DNA of 64,000 nt from Paraspadella gotoi. Taxonomy: Eukaryota; Animalia; Chaetognatha. A model generated the notes under the pieces. The model saw only the letters and a program-made list of their open reading frames with translations. It was not told the origin of the DNA and searched no databases. Of the stretch, positions 25,696 to 49,073 are shown one piece after another (within the stretch, counting starts at the first letter, position 1; each line of letters begins with the position of its first letter). The translations under genes were made by a program, and so were the position numbers. The stretch is from assembly GCA_051294375.1 (NCBI GenBank), contig CM119268.1, positions 9,312,718 through 9,376,717 of the forward strand. Direction: 5' to 3'.

Positions 25696-28600
25696 ATGAA
25701 TATGTTACGCCATGTCGGAAAATCTCTTAGCAAGTTGAGTAGAGAACGTTTGAATTCTCATACGCCATTTCTGAGCAGAGGTGTAAAAGAGTGGCACCCT
25801 GACCCCCAACTGCTCGAAAAATTTAAATGTCCTATGATGTTGCCGCCTGACCTAAACACTGGTAGCGCACTTACAAGTTGGGCCTTTAGTACCGACAGGG
25901 CCAATACTGAAGCCTACCAGAGGGAAAAGAGAGTTCAAAATATTCAACTCAATTTTGGCCCCCAGCATCCCGCCGCTCACGGAGTTCTACGGTAAGAATT
26001 GAAAGGAATATTTAATATTTATAAAGCGAGATATTATATATTTAATAAATATTATTTGTTTATTATTTTATGTTTAACATACATGCTGTTGAAAACACTT
26101 TTTAGGCTTGTATTGACTTTGGATGGCGAAAGTATTGTAAAGGCAGACCCGCACATCGGCTTGCTTCACAGGGGCACGGAAAAGCTCATTGAGTATAAAA
26201 CGTATACACAGGTATATTTGTTTAATTCCTACAGTTAAGACTTATGTAGGTAGAAATCTACTATGAAATTAAATTCAATAGGGGCGAGGGTTCAAAACTT
26301 TAGTCTTGAAGTCTACTTTTAGGTTAAAAAAGAATTTTTTTAAAAAGTTCGATTTTAATGTTTTTATTGTTGCTATTGGGTCGCTACACTATTAAAATTA
26401 CAATATTACTATATAATTTGGAATGAACGATCCCTATGTGAATACTAATAAAACTATCGAGGCGAATTTCAATATTTGACCGCTGAGCCGAGATATGGGC
26501 CCCCCGGGGGGTCACCCATGGGGGCAAAAAATGGTCAAAATTTTTTTTCAATTTCAAATTTTTTTATTATTTTTGTTTTGAACAATTGCACAGATGTTTA
26601 CTTTTCCTAAAAAACGTATTTATTACCTCAAAAATATTTATTTACCTTAATTTTTAGCTTCATGAACATCAGCAGTTTTTGATTTGGAATAATTTGGGAA
26701 AATTGGAAGTAAAACGATGAACCATGCATCTTCAACCATGCTTAATAGAGCGTAGTGAAAGTTAAATACGAAAATTCTAAATGTCAATTATAAAAAACAT
26801 ACCATCAGTAAACATTAATTTATAAAAAAAATTAATTTTGTTCTTCATTTTTTGTAGTATATTCATTTTTATATAATCGAAAAATTTCAAAATAGGCTTT
26901 TCTCAATTTTGATTGCAGATTTGAATTCCTCGTCAAAGTTGATAAAAGAAAATATAAATCATTATTAAAAATTATTTCATTAAGTGAGTTAAAAATTAGA
27001 AAAAACTATATGTAATAGATAAATTTTTAATTTTCAGCTTAAAATATAGGTTTTTTTAATATTTGATAAACTTAATGAAAGAATTTTTAAAAAAAAGTTA
27101 TATTTCTTTATATCAACAAATTTTACAAAAAATAATTTTGAAATTTTTATTTTTATTGGATTAGTACTAGTATAAATATGGCCTACTGCGTAAATTGTAA
27201 AATTTATTATAAAATTTTTTTATACACAAATGTTCATTAGTATAATGTTGTTCATTCCTCACTTTTAGAATTTTAATTAAAGTAAAATTTATAATTTTTA
27301 CTACGCCTTAATGCTTAATTATTGCAAATTTATCAATTTTAGTTCGAAAATGTTTTTTTCTTATGTTTAAAACGTCAATGCACCTGATGCTACTAAAAAA
27401 AATTGAAAAATGAAAAAAAAATTGTTCGCATTTTTTGGCCCCCCAGGAGTCCACCCCCAGGGCCCTGTATCTCTTGTCAGGGGTTGAATTAAATTCGATC
27501 AGGTAGTTTTGTGGGAACAAAAGGGGTACCACATTTTATAATATGAAGCCTTCTGTATTTATTATTTTTTCATTGTTTTCGCCTGATTTTTAATTAAATC
27601 AATAAACAGACCATCCCTCCAAATTGTTTTATTGATTTTTCAGTTGTATTTACAAAAGGATGATTACAGTGTCCAAGCAGTCAACAAGCAATTGAAAAAA
27701 ACAGATGCAAATTACAGACTTGATCTGTTCTTAACCTCTGTTTTGCAAATTACTAAGGACAATTCACATTGTATAACAAATTTACCCTAAAATGAGCGAC
27801 CGCACTGAGATTAAAGTTAATTTCTTATTTTTTTACCATAAATTCAAACTCATTTTAGAATTTATACGCTGGCTTGTTCCGAAGATCAAAGCGGAAAAAA
27901 GAAAAACAGATTGGCTGCTATATGTTAGACATGCATTGGACAAAACAAATTAATGGTCTCCAATTCTAATCTTTGTAAGACTAAAATTAATTTAATCATA
28001 CTCGTACTCTTAATCGTGTTATTTCCCTTGAAAATGGAGACCAATTGCGATATTTTCAGCCGAACCAGGGCATCCGGATCGTTTTATTCTATTCCCTCAG
28101 TAATTTAACTGAAGGATTAGAAAACCTAAAAAACGAAACTAAATGAAGAAACCTAACTTAGATCCCGATTGCCAGCTGCACGCCTTATATCGCAGCGATG
28201 AAAAAAAAAATCTATGATCAATGTAATAATTTGGATTTTATCGGTTTAACTAACTAGAAGTTATTAATTATACTAAAAAAATTCTTAATCTTAATATTAG
28301 TTAGCCTCAAATATTTTTATAAAGTAAAAAAAGCCTTAATTAATTTTTGAAAAAAAAGAATACATATTTTTTTTGGCGGCGCTTAAAAAGAATTACGTCT
28401 ACTTCTTGGCGGCCAGACCCATAATTCTTGGCGAAATGTCTTGGCCGCTTTCTAGCGCCTTTTCACAGTCTATGAGTTCGTTAATTCCATCAATGACGAG
28501 CTGTATCAGCTCTAGCTCTGACTTTCCAAGCCTATCCACGTTTGAGATGTCATAAATACATCCCGTCTGCGGGCTGTCTACTCCTCCGACACTCCTTTTC

Positions 28601-31255
28601 TGCAAGCGGAGCTTCTCTAGCAGATCATCGAACTTGCAGTGTTGAGAGAGGTATGGAAGACGAATGTGACACCCGGCCCTCATGCCGGTGCCCAGATTCG
28701 AAGGGCAAGTGGAGATGTAGCCCAGATGATCGTTGTACTGGTACTCCCAACCGTCGTCCAGAATGTTCTTCTCGATATTACGAAGCCCACGGCACCACCG
28801 CTCGAACACCTCTTTTAAGTTGCCTCCCTTTTGCATGGAAATCACCTGTAAAAACAAGACTGTTTACTGAATTTTACAGCTTTTCTTGTGAGGAATATTT
28901 TGGATTACCCTCATATGATCCTCCTCGTTCACCCACACCACAAAAGTTTTTTTATGATTGTGGAAAATTCCTCTGGCGTCGGGCCAGTCGCGGGCGATCC
29001 CTGCCGACGTTAAAAGAGGGCTAACGGGCTTGTCAAAAAGATAGTGTTCATCGATGAGCTGTTGTTGGAATTCGTCCGACATCTCCGGTAATTTGAAGTA
29101 GCGGCCGCGAAACTCGCAGTCCAGTCTCCGGTTATGCAGAGCGTTGGTGACGACGTGCTCCACTTCACGACGCTCGGCACGCGAACACATTGGTGGCATA
29201 GATAAACCACGGACATTTCGGCCTGAAAATGTTTTAAAAAGTAATGAATTTCAATTTTTTATCATATTTAAAACCCTACTTAGTACTCACTGGTTCTGCA
29301 TCGCACGGACAAAACGTATGTCTCGTCGAATACTCCACCGATGACTTTGGCGAAGAATTCGTCCTCTTCATCCTTGCTGGGAAGCGTGGTCGGATGCTTG
29401 TCCTCGGGACAATAGCCGTTGTGCCTAAGTTCTATGATTTGGTCGAGCAGAGGAGCAAAGACCTCGTACGTTTCCTCGTCTCCCGCCACAGCTCCCACGG
29501 TTAGAATATGTGGGTGTCCAGGATTGTCCACGCCGGTTTGGATGACGTGATCGATCGTGAAACCATTAGGAGTAGACAACTTGTAGAGGTCCGCGTAGAG
29601 CGGCGTTGAAAGAACTTGTGCCATGATGTTGTGGTGCTTCTTAAGGTCGGGCATATTCTTGTAAGACGGATACCATCTCCACGGAAAATTGTGGTTTCGC
29701 GGAATGGCGAGGACTCCATCGCTGCTCTGCTGCATCTTGTAGTTAATCCCTGCTACGGCCGCTCCTACCCCTAAGCCCGTCAAAACACTTAATGCAACCA
29801 TCCTAAAAAACAATTTTGTTGAAAATCGTTAAGAAATCTCTCTGGTTTTTCGATTATTGAACTCTTACCTTTTATCCCCGATGTTTTACGAGTTCGAATT
29901 AAAAAAAATGCCAAATCTAAAAAATCATGACTTCGGTACCGTTACTTTGAAGAAGTTTGTTGCTGTTTGTCGCTGTTTCTTAGTTTCTATGACAACTGTG
30001 CAATTAATTTCACTTACATAGTGAGCCGGTGTTTCAGTTAAGATGGGTGCTTTAGTCTAATTTTTTTTTCGATTGAGCTAATTAGAAGTTTTACATTTTC
30101 ACTCTTCAGGCTCTGCCGTATTTCGATCGCCTCGACTACCTTTCAATGATAGTCAATGAGCAGGGATACTGTCTCGCCGTGGAAAAACTCCTTAACATCG
30201 AGGTGCCCTTGCGGGCCCAGTATATTCGGGTCCTGTGGTCAGAGCTGACACGTATTGCAAACCATCTTCTTTTTGTCGGCTGCCACCTTTTGGACATCGG
30301 GGCCATGACACCGTATTTTTGGGTTTTCGAGGAGCGCGAGAAGATCTTCGAGTTCACTGAGCGCTGCACTGGGGCTCGCATGCACTGCGCTTACGTACGA
30401 CCTGGAGGTGTGAGCCAAGATATTCCGCTCGGTTTTCTCGACGATCTATGGCACTGGTGCCAGTCGTTTTGCCAGCGCGTTGAAGAGGTCGACGATTTTG
30501 TCACCGACAACAGAGTTTGGATCAACAGAACAAAAAACATAGGTATCATTTCGGCTGAAGATTCGATCGCATATTCTTTATCGGGAGTGATGCTGAGAGG
30601 TTCCGGAATCAAATGGGATCTCCGAAAATCGCAACCTTACGACGCTTACGATAGGGTATGTGTTTTATTTGTTTTTTTTCTCGGTCAAAAGAATTTAGAC
30701 TGATCCAACATGAGACAATTTTTTACGACCTCAGGTGAACTTTGATATTCCTATCGGAGAAAACGGCGACACTTACGATCGATGGCTGATACGCTTGGAG
30801 GAAATTCGCCAATCTCTGAGGATCATTGAACAATGCATGAACGATATGCCGGAGGGGGAGATCAAGACCGATGACCACAAGGTCTCCCCACCGTCCCGGG
30901 CGGAAATGAAGAATTCCATGGAGGCCCTAATTCATCATTTTAAGCTTTTCACTCAAGGCTTTCAAGTTCCACCCGGAGCCACCTACACCTCGGTCGAGGC
31001 ACCCAAGGTTTGCGAATGAAGGAAAGCTTCCTTGCTGGTAATTTTTAAAAAAAAAGACATTTCTTTTGTGGACAGGGCGAGTTCGGCGTCTATTTAGTCT
31101 CGGATGGATCTTCGCGTCCGTATCGCTGTAAAATTAGAGCTCCTGGTTTTGCGTCTATGGCAGTGATGGATCACATCTCCAAGGGTTCGATGCTGGCCGA
31201 TGCCGTCGCGATCATCGGGACTCTCGATATCGTTTTCGGGGAAGTTGATCGTTAA
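25696..31255 (+). CDS. NDUFS2: NADH dehydrogenase (ubiquinone) Fe-S protein 2, 49-kDa subunit
   Basis: [53 protein letters not shown] and DIVFGEVDR; exons 25696-25991, 26106-26211, 30110-30655, 30735-31007 and 31076-31255. Confidence 0.97.
26450..27555. mobile_element. Tc1/mariner-type MITE (family A, copy 2, left end degenerate)
   Basis: AACTATCGAGGCGAATTT...GGGGGTCACCCA matches 412-470; right TIR ATATGAAGCCTTCTG followed by TA at 27541-27557. Confidence 0.7.
26746..27310. mobile_element. hAT-type MITE (family B, copy 2) nested in the family A MITE
   Basis: Same sequence family as 23390-23990; 8-bp TSD ATGCTTAA (26738-26745 and 27311-27318). Confidence 0.85.
28399..29801 (-). CDS. CKMT: Creatine kinase, probably mitochondrial type, nested antisense in NDUFS2 intron 2
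   Basis: [16 protein letters not shown] (full-length guanidino-specificity loop), [25 protein letters not shown] and GGVDS; N-terminal extension before the catalytic domain; three coding exons with in-frame GT-AG joins; exact start uncertain. Confidence 0.88.
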
Positions 31256-31699
31256 AGGGGAAAGGTCCAAAAAAAGGAAATGAACATTTAACACGTCTTA
31301 TCTGTGATTTTTTTTAAATTGTTGCTGAATCGACGAAAACAAAGGTTCCGCATACAATCACTTTTTTAGACAACGAAATTTGAACTTAAATAATTACCAT
31401 TTTTTTTCGATCTCATTGGTTATTATGAAGCTTTCTTTATTTAAAAAAAACGGTAGGTTATAGTTATCTTCCTCTTATGACATAGTACTTTACAGGTAAA
31501 TTTCTATTAGTTAAAAATACGGTATGACATGATTTCTTCAATGATTGTCAATCAAATCTTAATTTTAGAAATAAGTATGTTTGAATTTTTATTGTACAGA
31601 TAACATTTAAAGAACGAATTCCTCATAAGATTCTTCACGTCTTTTACTTACACAAATCTATTCACCACATTATCTCATACAATTTTTTTTCCCTCATAC

Positions 31700-31980
31700 C
31701 CTTTGCCTGATTCTTTTTCTTTCTCTTTTCTTCTCTTTATTTGTAATTTTCCTCCCCTACTTCTCACGCAATTAATTACTAATTTTTTGGCCCTACCTTT
31801 TTTTGCCACTTCCACTCTCCTTACCTTTTTTCTCTTCTTCATTCTTTCCCTATCTTTTTTCCTCTTTTTCTTTCCATTTTCCCTCTTTTCCTACCTTTTA
31901 TTGCCTTTTGCCCCCCTTTCATTCTCTCCCGCGACCTCCTTTTCTTGTTCTCTCTTTCCTCCTAACTCTCACTACATTTA
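31700..31980. repeat. Pyrimidine-rich low-complexity tract
   Basis: Almost entirely C and T; the overlapping F/L/S-rich ORFs are compositional artefacts. Confidence 0.6.
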
Positions 31981-33261
31981 CAGTGAGCCAAATAAAAAAA
32001 TCTTTTCTTATACATTATAAGAAAAGAAATTATCGGTAATAGAGGATTTTATTTCAATTTTGGTTGCTTCGCTGATTTAATAAATCGACAAATTTTGCGC
32101 AAAATTTTGCCCCAAAATATGTCGATTCTGAGAAAAAACAAGTCCTGACCCTTTCCATTGGGTTAAAAGGATGCGGTTTTTTTTGTTTTAATAACGTCAT
32201 CTTTTAAAACTAATAAATGAGTTGAAAATATTCTCTTTATAAAAAATAAATGTAAGTCACAAAAATTCACAAATTAATAGCCGTCTTTAAAAATTATTTG
32301 TGGCTTAAAGTTTTTTTGATAATTTTGTAGGCGTTAAAAGCTTATTCAATAGGCTATATTTTCGGTTAATTTAAACCAATTTGAATTATTTTTGTTTACC
32401 AAATTCTGATAAAGACTGAAAATGAAAACTTTTTTACTTATCAACTTTAAAATTAATTAATAGGCAAACTATAAATGATTTACAATTTAAGCAAATAAAT
32501 TTACCCAGAGGTGAAGAAGATAAGGTAGAACCGATTTCCAAAATAAATATTTTTCTCAACTTTCCTTGCCATTCAAATCAGAAAACGAAAGTAAAAATGG
32601 ACAAGATTTTTTTCCTGAAAGTTTCCAAAATGCTAACGGGTAGAGATGATTTTAACCAATCCTTAGGCCCAATTTGTGTTGTGTTACAAAGTTCATCAAT
32701 ATTGTAAGTAACAACTGAACACTGAACAATATTGGAAAGAGTCGTTTTTTCTTAAATGCAACGTTTGTAAGCGGAACCCAAAGTGGATCTCTTTTTTTTT
32801 AATATCCATTCTGTGTTAATCTGACCTGCCTACCTCCGGCTTTTCTGTGATGCCAGTATTTAATTTTTTTTCTCAGTATATTATGAAATTGGTACAACCA
32901 ATATAAAAACTATCCATTCATTTAATAAATAAGCTATCTTGTATCTTATATAACAAATCTAATCAAAACTAATATATAAAAAGTTCAGTTTATGCACATT
33001 CCACCCATAGTAAAAAACATTTTAATTTGATCAAAAAGCTGTGTTGTTGTTGTTTCAAACTATGTACTTATTATTTAAAAAAATAATTTTTACTGATTCA
33101 TTTTTTAACACGCACAACCCATAGTTTAACATGACGATGAAACAAATTTTTACCCGTTTAATCCAGTCCAAGTTGTTTTCCAATCCAACAATTCGTTGAT
33201 TGAAGAGGATATATATATTATATTGTTACTTCAGATAATATTTATTTTTTAACAGACTCAA

Positions 33262-34383
33262 ATGGAGGTAGAACTTCCATCGAAAAAATGTATTTTGAGT
33301 GAAACTAGCAAGTTTTTTTTCGCCGCCATTCCTATTCGAAAATATCCTCACCAACTCTTGCAGTCTCTCGAAGGGTTTATCCAAACTGACCCCGCTTTCC
33401 CCGATGCTTTGCTCCGCGCCACCGTGCTTCGTGAAGGATGCGAGGATCGTCCCGTCTCGATCGCGTCTCAGCGAGCTTTCGTTAAATGGATCCTTCGGGT
33501 CGTCGAAAATTCTGACGAAAACGAAGAGAGAAACGTGGATCTTTTGTACGAGACTCACTGCCGCGTCCTATCTAAAGAGGACGCCGAGCTTTTTTTCAAA
33601 AGATATTTTTACCCCCCGAACGTGGAGATCGTCATCGCCGAGTCACGCAACTTCATCGATGCCGGCACCACTGGCCTTTCTTCCTGGACGGCCTCTTTTC
33701 TCATGAATGAATGGGTGACCGCGAACGCCTCTTTCTTTCGCGATAGACGCGTCTTGGAACTCGGTAGCGGTGTCGGGCTGACTGGTATATTGCTCGCCCT
33801 ACTCGCCCCCGTCGCCTCGCTAAAACTCACTGACTGTCATAATCGCGTTCTCGCCGTCCTGAGAAAGAACGTTGATGACAATCTAGCTCCCGACTTGGCC
33901 GCTTCAATTGGTCTCGAGGTAGTGGCCCTTGACTGGGCAACGTTTCGTCAAGATTTCGTTGAGTCCGATCTCATGGCCCAGTGGGAGTTGCCCGACGTCA
34001 TTTTGGGATGCGACTTGGTTTTCGATGAAAATCTCGTCCCTCATTTAGTCGCGGTTATCAAATATTTTCTCTCTTACACTAATTCGAAATCGTCGAAAAA
34101 ACAGTTAAATAACGTGGAGATTCCCTGCGCCTTTATCTCTTCAAACGTGAGGAACGAGCGAACTTACGATCGTTTCTTGAAAGAGCTTTCGGCGGTTGGG
34201 CTTTCTTTCGAGGAAGTCAGCAGCGGGGTTTTTTCTTCTCCCTATCTCTCCGCTGGACTCGATGACAATCCGAATTTGAAACTGATTAAAATTGAGGACA
34301 CAGTAAGAAAGAACGAGCGAGAACTCTATTTTACTTTCTTGCCAAGATCTTTAGCCAATTCACTTCAATCGGTTTGTTTGTAA
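33262..34383 (+). CDS. EEF2KMT: Protein-lysine N-methyltransferase EEF2KMT (FAM86)
   Basis: GTTGLSSW, VLELGSGVGLTG, LTDCHNRVL, ALDW and DVILGCDLVF motifs of the METTL21/FAM86 class, plus a FAM86-like N-terminus. Confidence 0.88.
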   Translation: MEVELPSKKCILSETSKFFFAAIPIRKYPHQLLQSLEGFIQTDPAFPDALLRATVLREGCEDRPVSIASQRAFVKWILRVVENSDENEERNVDLLYETHCRVLSKEDAELFFKRYFYPPNVEIVIAESRNFIDAGTTGLSSWTASFLMNEWVTANASFFRDRRVLELGSGVGLTGILLALLAPVASLKLTDCHNRVLAVLRKNVDDNLAPDLAASIGLEVVALDWATFRQDFVESDLMAQWELPDVILGCDLVFDENLVPHLVAVIKYFLSYTNSKSSKKQLNNVEIPCAFISSNVRNERTYDRFLKELSAVGLSFEEVSSGVFSSPYLSAGLDDNPNLKLIKIEDTVRKNERELYFTFLPRSLANSLQSVCL

Positions 34384-34438
34384 CAAAACTAAAACCCATT
34401 TTTATTATTTTTCAGTGTTTTTAACGTAGTTTATTGAA

Positions 34439-35563
34439 ATGGGGGACGAAGATTTAACATTGTACGTAGGAAATCTCCACGAAAATGTGACCGAGGAACT
34501 CCTCTTTGAACTGTTTCTGCAAGTCGGCCCATTGGCTTCTGTGAAAATCCCCACCAAAGATGGGAAGCGAAAAAACTTTGGCTTCGTGGAGTTCAAGCAC
34601 CCGGCCAGCATTCCATTCGTTCTGGAAGCCATGCGAGGCGTCTCGTTGTTTAAGAAAGAACTGCGAATGAACCACCGAGGATTGCAGACGGCCATCCCTC
34701 AACGCGACAATCACAATCACTCATTTCCACCGATGATGAATTATCCCCCACCTCAGTTGATGCTTTACGGTCAGAGTCCGGGTTTCAATGGTTACTTCCC
34801 GCCGCTAATGATGACCTCCCCAATGATGTTCCCTCCCAACGCTCATCATCATAATGACGAATCAAACGTTCGGCGTAATGTTCAAGAAAATCCCCGTGAT
34901 GATGAAAAAGACGAGAAAGACGGTCGGGATCGTGATAGTGATCGGGATCGAGACAGAGCACGGCATCGCGATGGGGATCAAGAAAGAAATCGAGTGCGGG
35001 ATCAAGATCGCGACCGAGATCGCTCTTCAACCCGAAAACACGATGACTTTTGTCGCCGGGACGACGACGACGACGACGACACAGCCCGTCGTCGAGATGG
35101 CGAAGGAAAGAATAGTCGATCTCGCGAGCGAAAATCTTCTCCCGACCGCCGTCGATCCCGTTCCCGAGATTCCAAGCGTCGTGGCAATGGCGACAGCGAT
35201 CAGGGGTACGACAGCAGCCCCCACGGCGATAGGCGTCAAGGGGGCGATGTGGGCCATAACGGAAACCATCGAGGAGGAGATCATTTTGGGAATTGTCCGG
35301 CCTTCCCCTTGGGTTCGCCCACCGACGTATTTTTTCCCATCGATGGCAACGCGCCTTTCTCTTTCCCTCGGAGCAACTCTGACGAGGACTTTCGGGCGCA
35401 GAGGGAACGCATGTTAAATCGGCAGAACCAGATGTTTCAACAACGTAACATGGCTCGGAACGGGTTCGGCGTGAACTTTCGCGATGGATTTCAGGGGGGT
35501 AATCATAGGGGTAATTGGAATGGTGGTGGTTCAAGATACGGCAGTCATCCTTATCGACGTTAA
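34439..35563 (+). CDS. RBM7: RRM protein of the RBM7/RBM11 family
   Basis: TLYVGNLHENVTEELLFELFLQVGPL...KNFGFVEFKH...GVSLF RRM followed by an RD/RS-rich tail. Confidence 0.8.
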   Translation: MGDEDLTLYVGNLHENVTEELLFELFLQVGPLASVKIPTKDGKRKNFGFVEFKHPASIPFVLEAMRGVSLFKKELRMNHRGLQTAIPQRDNHNHSFPPMMNYPPPQLMLYGQSPGFNGYFPPLMMTSPMMFPPNAHHHNDESNVRRNVQENPRDDEKDEKDGRDRDSDRDRDRARHRDGDQERNRVRDQDRDRDRSSTRKHDDFCRRDDDDDDDTARRRDGEGKNSRSRERKSSPDRRRSRSRDSKRRGNGDSDQGYDSSPHGDRRQGGDVGHNGNHRGGDHFGNCPAFPLGSPTDVFFPIDGNAPFSFPRSNSDEDFRAQRERMLNRQNQMFQQRNMARNGFGVNFRDGFQGGNHRGNWNGGGSRYGSHPYRR

Positions 35564-36081
35564 GCATTTTATTTGTAGTATCGAATGTATTTTTGATGTA
35601 GAGGGTAATTTTTTGAGCATTAAAAATAAAATGAGGAATAAAACTATGAGCTGACGATTTAAGATTAATGGTTAATGATAAGAGGCTCTAGTGGATGAAT
35701 GCGGTTTGAATTGTGCACAATATTTGTGTTTCGATATTTTGTATATGCTGATTTTCCTTTAAAAACCTTTTTGTTAAATTTTGTGAGATATTTATTATAG
35801 TAATTATTTATTGAATCTGAAAGATGAAGCTCAATGTGTTTCTCTTTTATTGTGATGCTAATTGAACCAAGATCAATTTTTTTTCCCGTTTTTTAGGTAA
35901 ATCTACCTAGTTTTTGTTTCATTTTTTAGGTTGTTTATTCATAACACATTTATTTTATAAAATATCTTTGAAGTCGCGGTTTACTTTAAAATTTTTCGGT
36001 AATCAAACTAATCATTAAATCATTATCGTGTTTGGAGGTCAATTTGCCGGTGGCGTTTCGTTCAAATTAAAATAACACACG

Positions 36082-47583
<11,502 letters not shown>

Positions 47584-47678
47584 TATTTATAAACTTGTTG
47601 TTATGATTCAGTAGAAGTCTTTAGTTAATCTTGTTTTTTAGTTATGAATTACGTTTTTCGTTTTTAGCATAACTTAAA

Positions 47679-48592
47679 ATGAGACCTTCCATGAGATTTA
47701 CTGGGTTACATCTGAAACTATGGCGCAGCGACATTTCCCTTCCGGTGACTTCTACCTTTTCCCTTCGACCTCACTCGTCCGTCCCAGAAGCTCCGGTTTT
47801 AGAGGAAGTAGCCTCCGGTCCTGATCAGCGAGGCAAAGGACGTCATCGCGCCGACAAGTCCCTCGTTTCCAAAACTCTATTTTCTAAAGAATTCCAGGAA
47901 TTGGATTCGATCAAAAAAAAGTCCTCTTTTAAAATCAAACCCGTGCCGAAACCCTCTTTCACTTTTGCCGCCTACGTCAATGAGTCCACTTTGCTGCAGA
48001 ATTTCGTCAAACTCGGAGTGAATCTCGTCAAGTGGGAAAAGGGGACGATTCCCGACGAAATCATGGGCCTCGACTTTGAAAGAGACGTCACCCCGGTGCT
48101 CTTTCATCTTCACGGCCTTGGAATCCCTGACGAGCAGCTGGGCAAGGTTCTCACTAAAAACCCTTATATTCTGATAAGTGGTGTCGGAAATTTGGAGGAT
48201 CAAACTGATTATTTCGTCCGCAAAAAGTTTTCTCGGGAACAGTTGATCAACGTCGTGATCAAATGTCCGCAGTTGTTTAGCAGAAGCGTGGAGGCAATAG
48301 ACGGTCGTTTGGGATATTTTCAGCAGACATTTGATTTGACAGGTGACTTAAATAAATTATTCTTTTTTAATGTCAAATAAACTGTATTAATCTTTCTCAC
48401 GCTTAGGGGACCAACTACGCGATTCCGTAACGATTTGTCCAGAGTTATTTCAAGCGAAACTCTCGATTTTAGCCAAGCTAAATTTTCATATGGCCAAGTC
48501 TTTGGGATTTAAACAAAAAGAGATGAGAGAATTGTTCATCGTTTGTCCCTCGGTATTTTTGCTTCATCCCGATACCGTTGCGCAGAGGTAAC

Positions 48593-48643
<51 letters not shown>

Positions 48644-48925
48644 ACGTTAACATATTTAATCCTTTACAGATTCCATATTCTCCACAACACGATGGGAATT
48701 CCTCACCAAACTTTAGTTCGCTATCCTCTCTTGTTTCGCGTTCCGCCCTACTTGATTCGTCAACGACACAAGTTTCTCTCGACGCTTGGGCGTGCTAACT
48801 ACGATCCTCTCGACGAAAGTTACGTTACTTTAACCGCCTTTACCAACCACGGAGATCAGAGCTTCGCCGAGAAGATTGCCGGAGTCAGTTATGACACTTA
48901 TAAACAGTTTTTAAAAACTCAATAA
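47679..48925 (+). CDS. MTERF3: Mitochondrial transcription termination factor 3
   Basis: TFAAYVNESTLLQNFVKLGVNL, LDFERDV, IDGRLGYFQ and IRQRHKFLSTLGRANYDP...YKQFLKT; three exons. Confidence 0.88.
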
Positions 48926-49073
48926 TTTGAACTTCTACCGGCTGTTTACTGTGATTTGCATTTTGCGTACCTCGCTGTTGTTTTCTTTGAATTTTAGTTG
49001 TTTAATTGCTTTTTACCATGAAATAGTTTGAACAGTTCCGTCAAATCGAGTTCCGACTTAGCATTTTGTTAAA

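Noticed and set aside
34785-35567. 260-aa antisense ORF over RBM7, and similar shadow ORFs over the kinesin and POLG
   Set aside because: Expected from GC-rich codon usage of the sense gene; no motifs.
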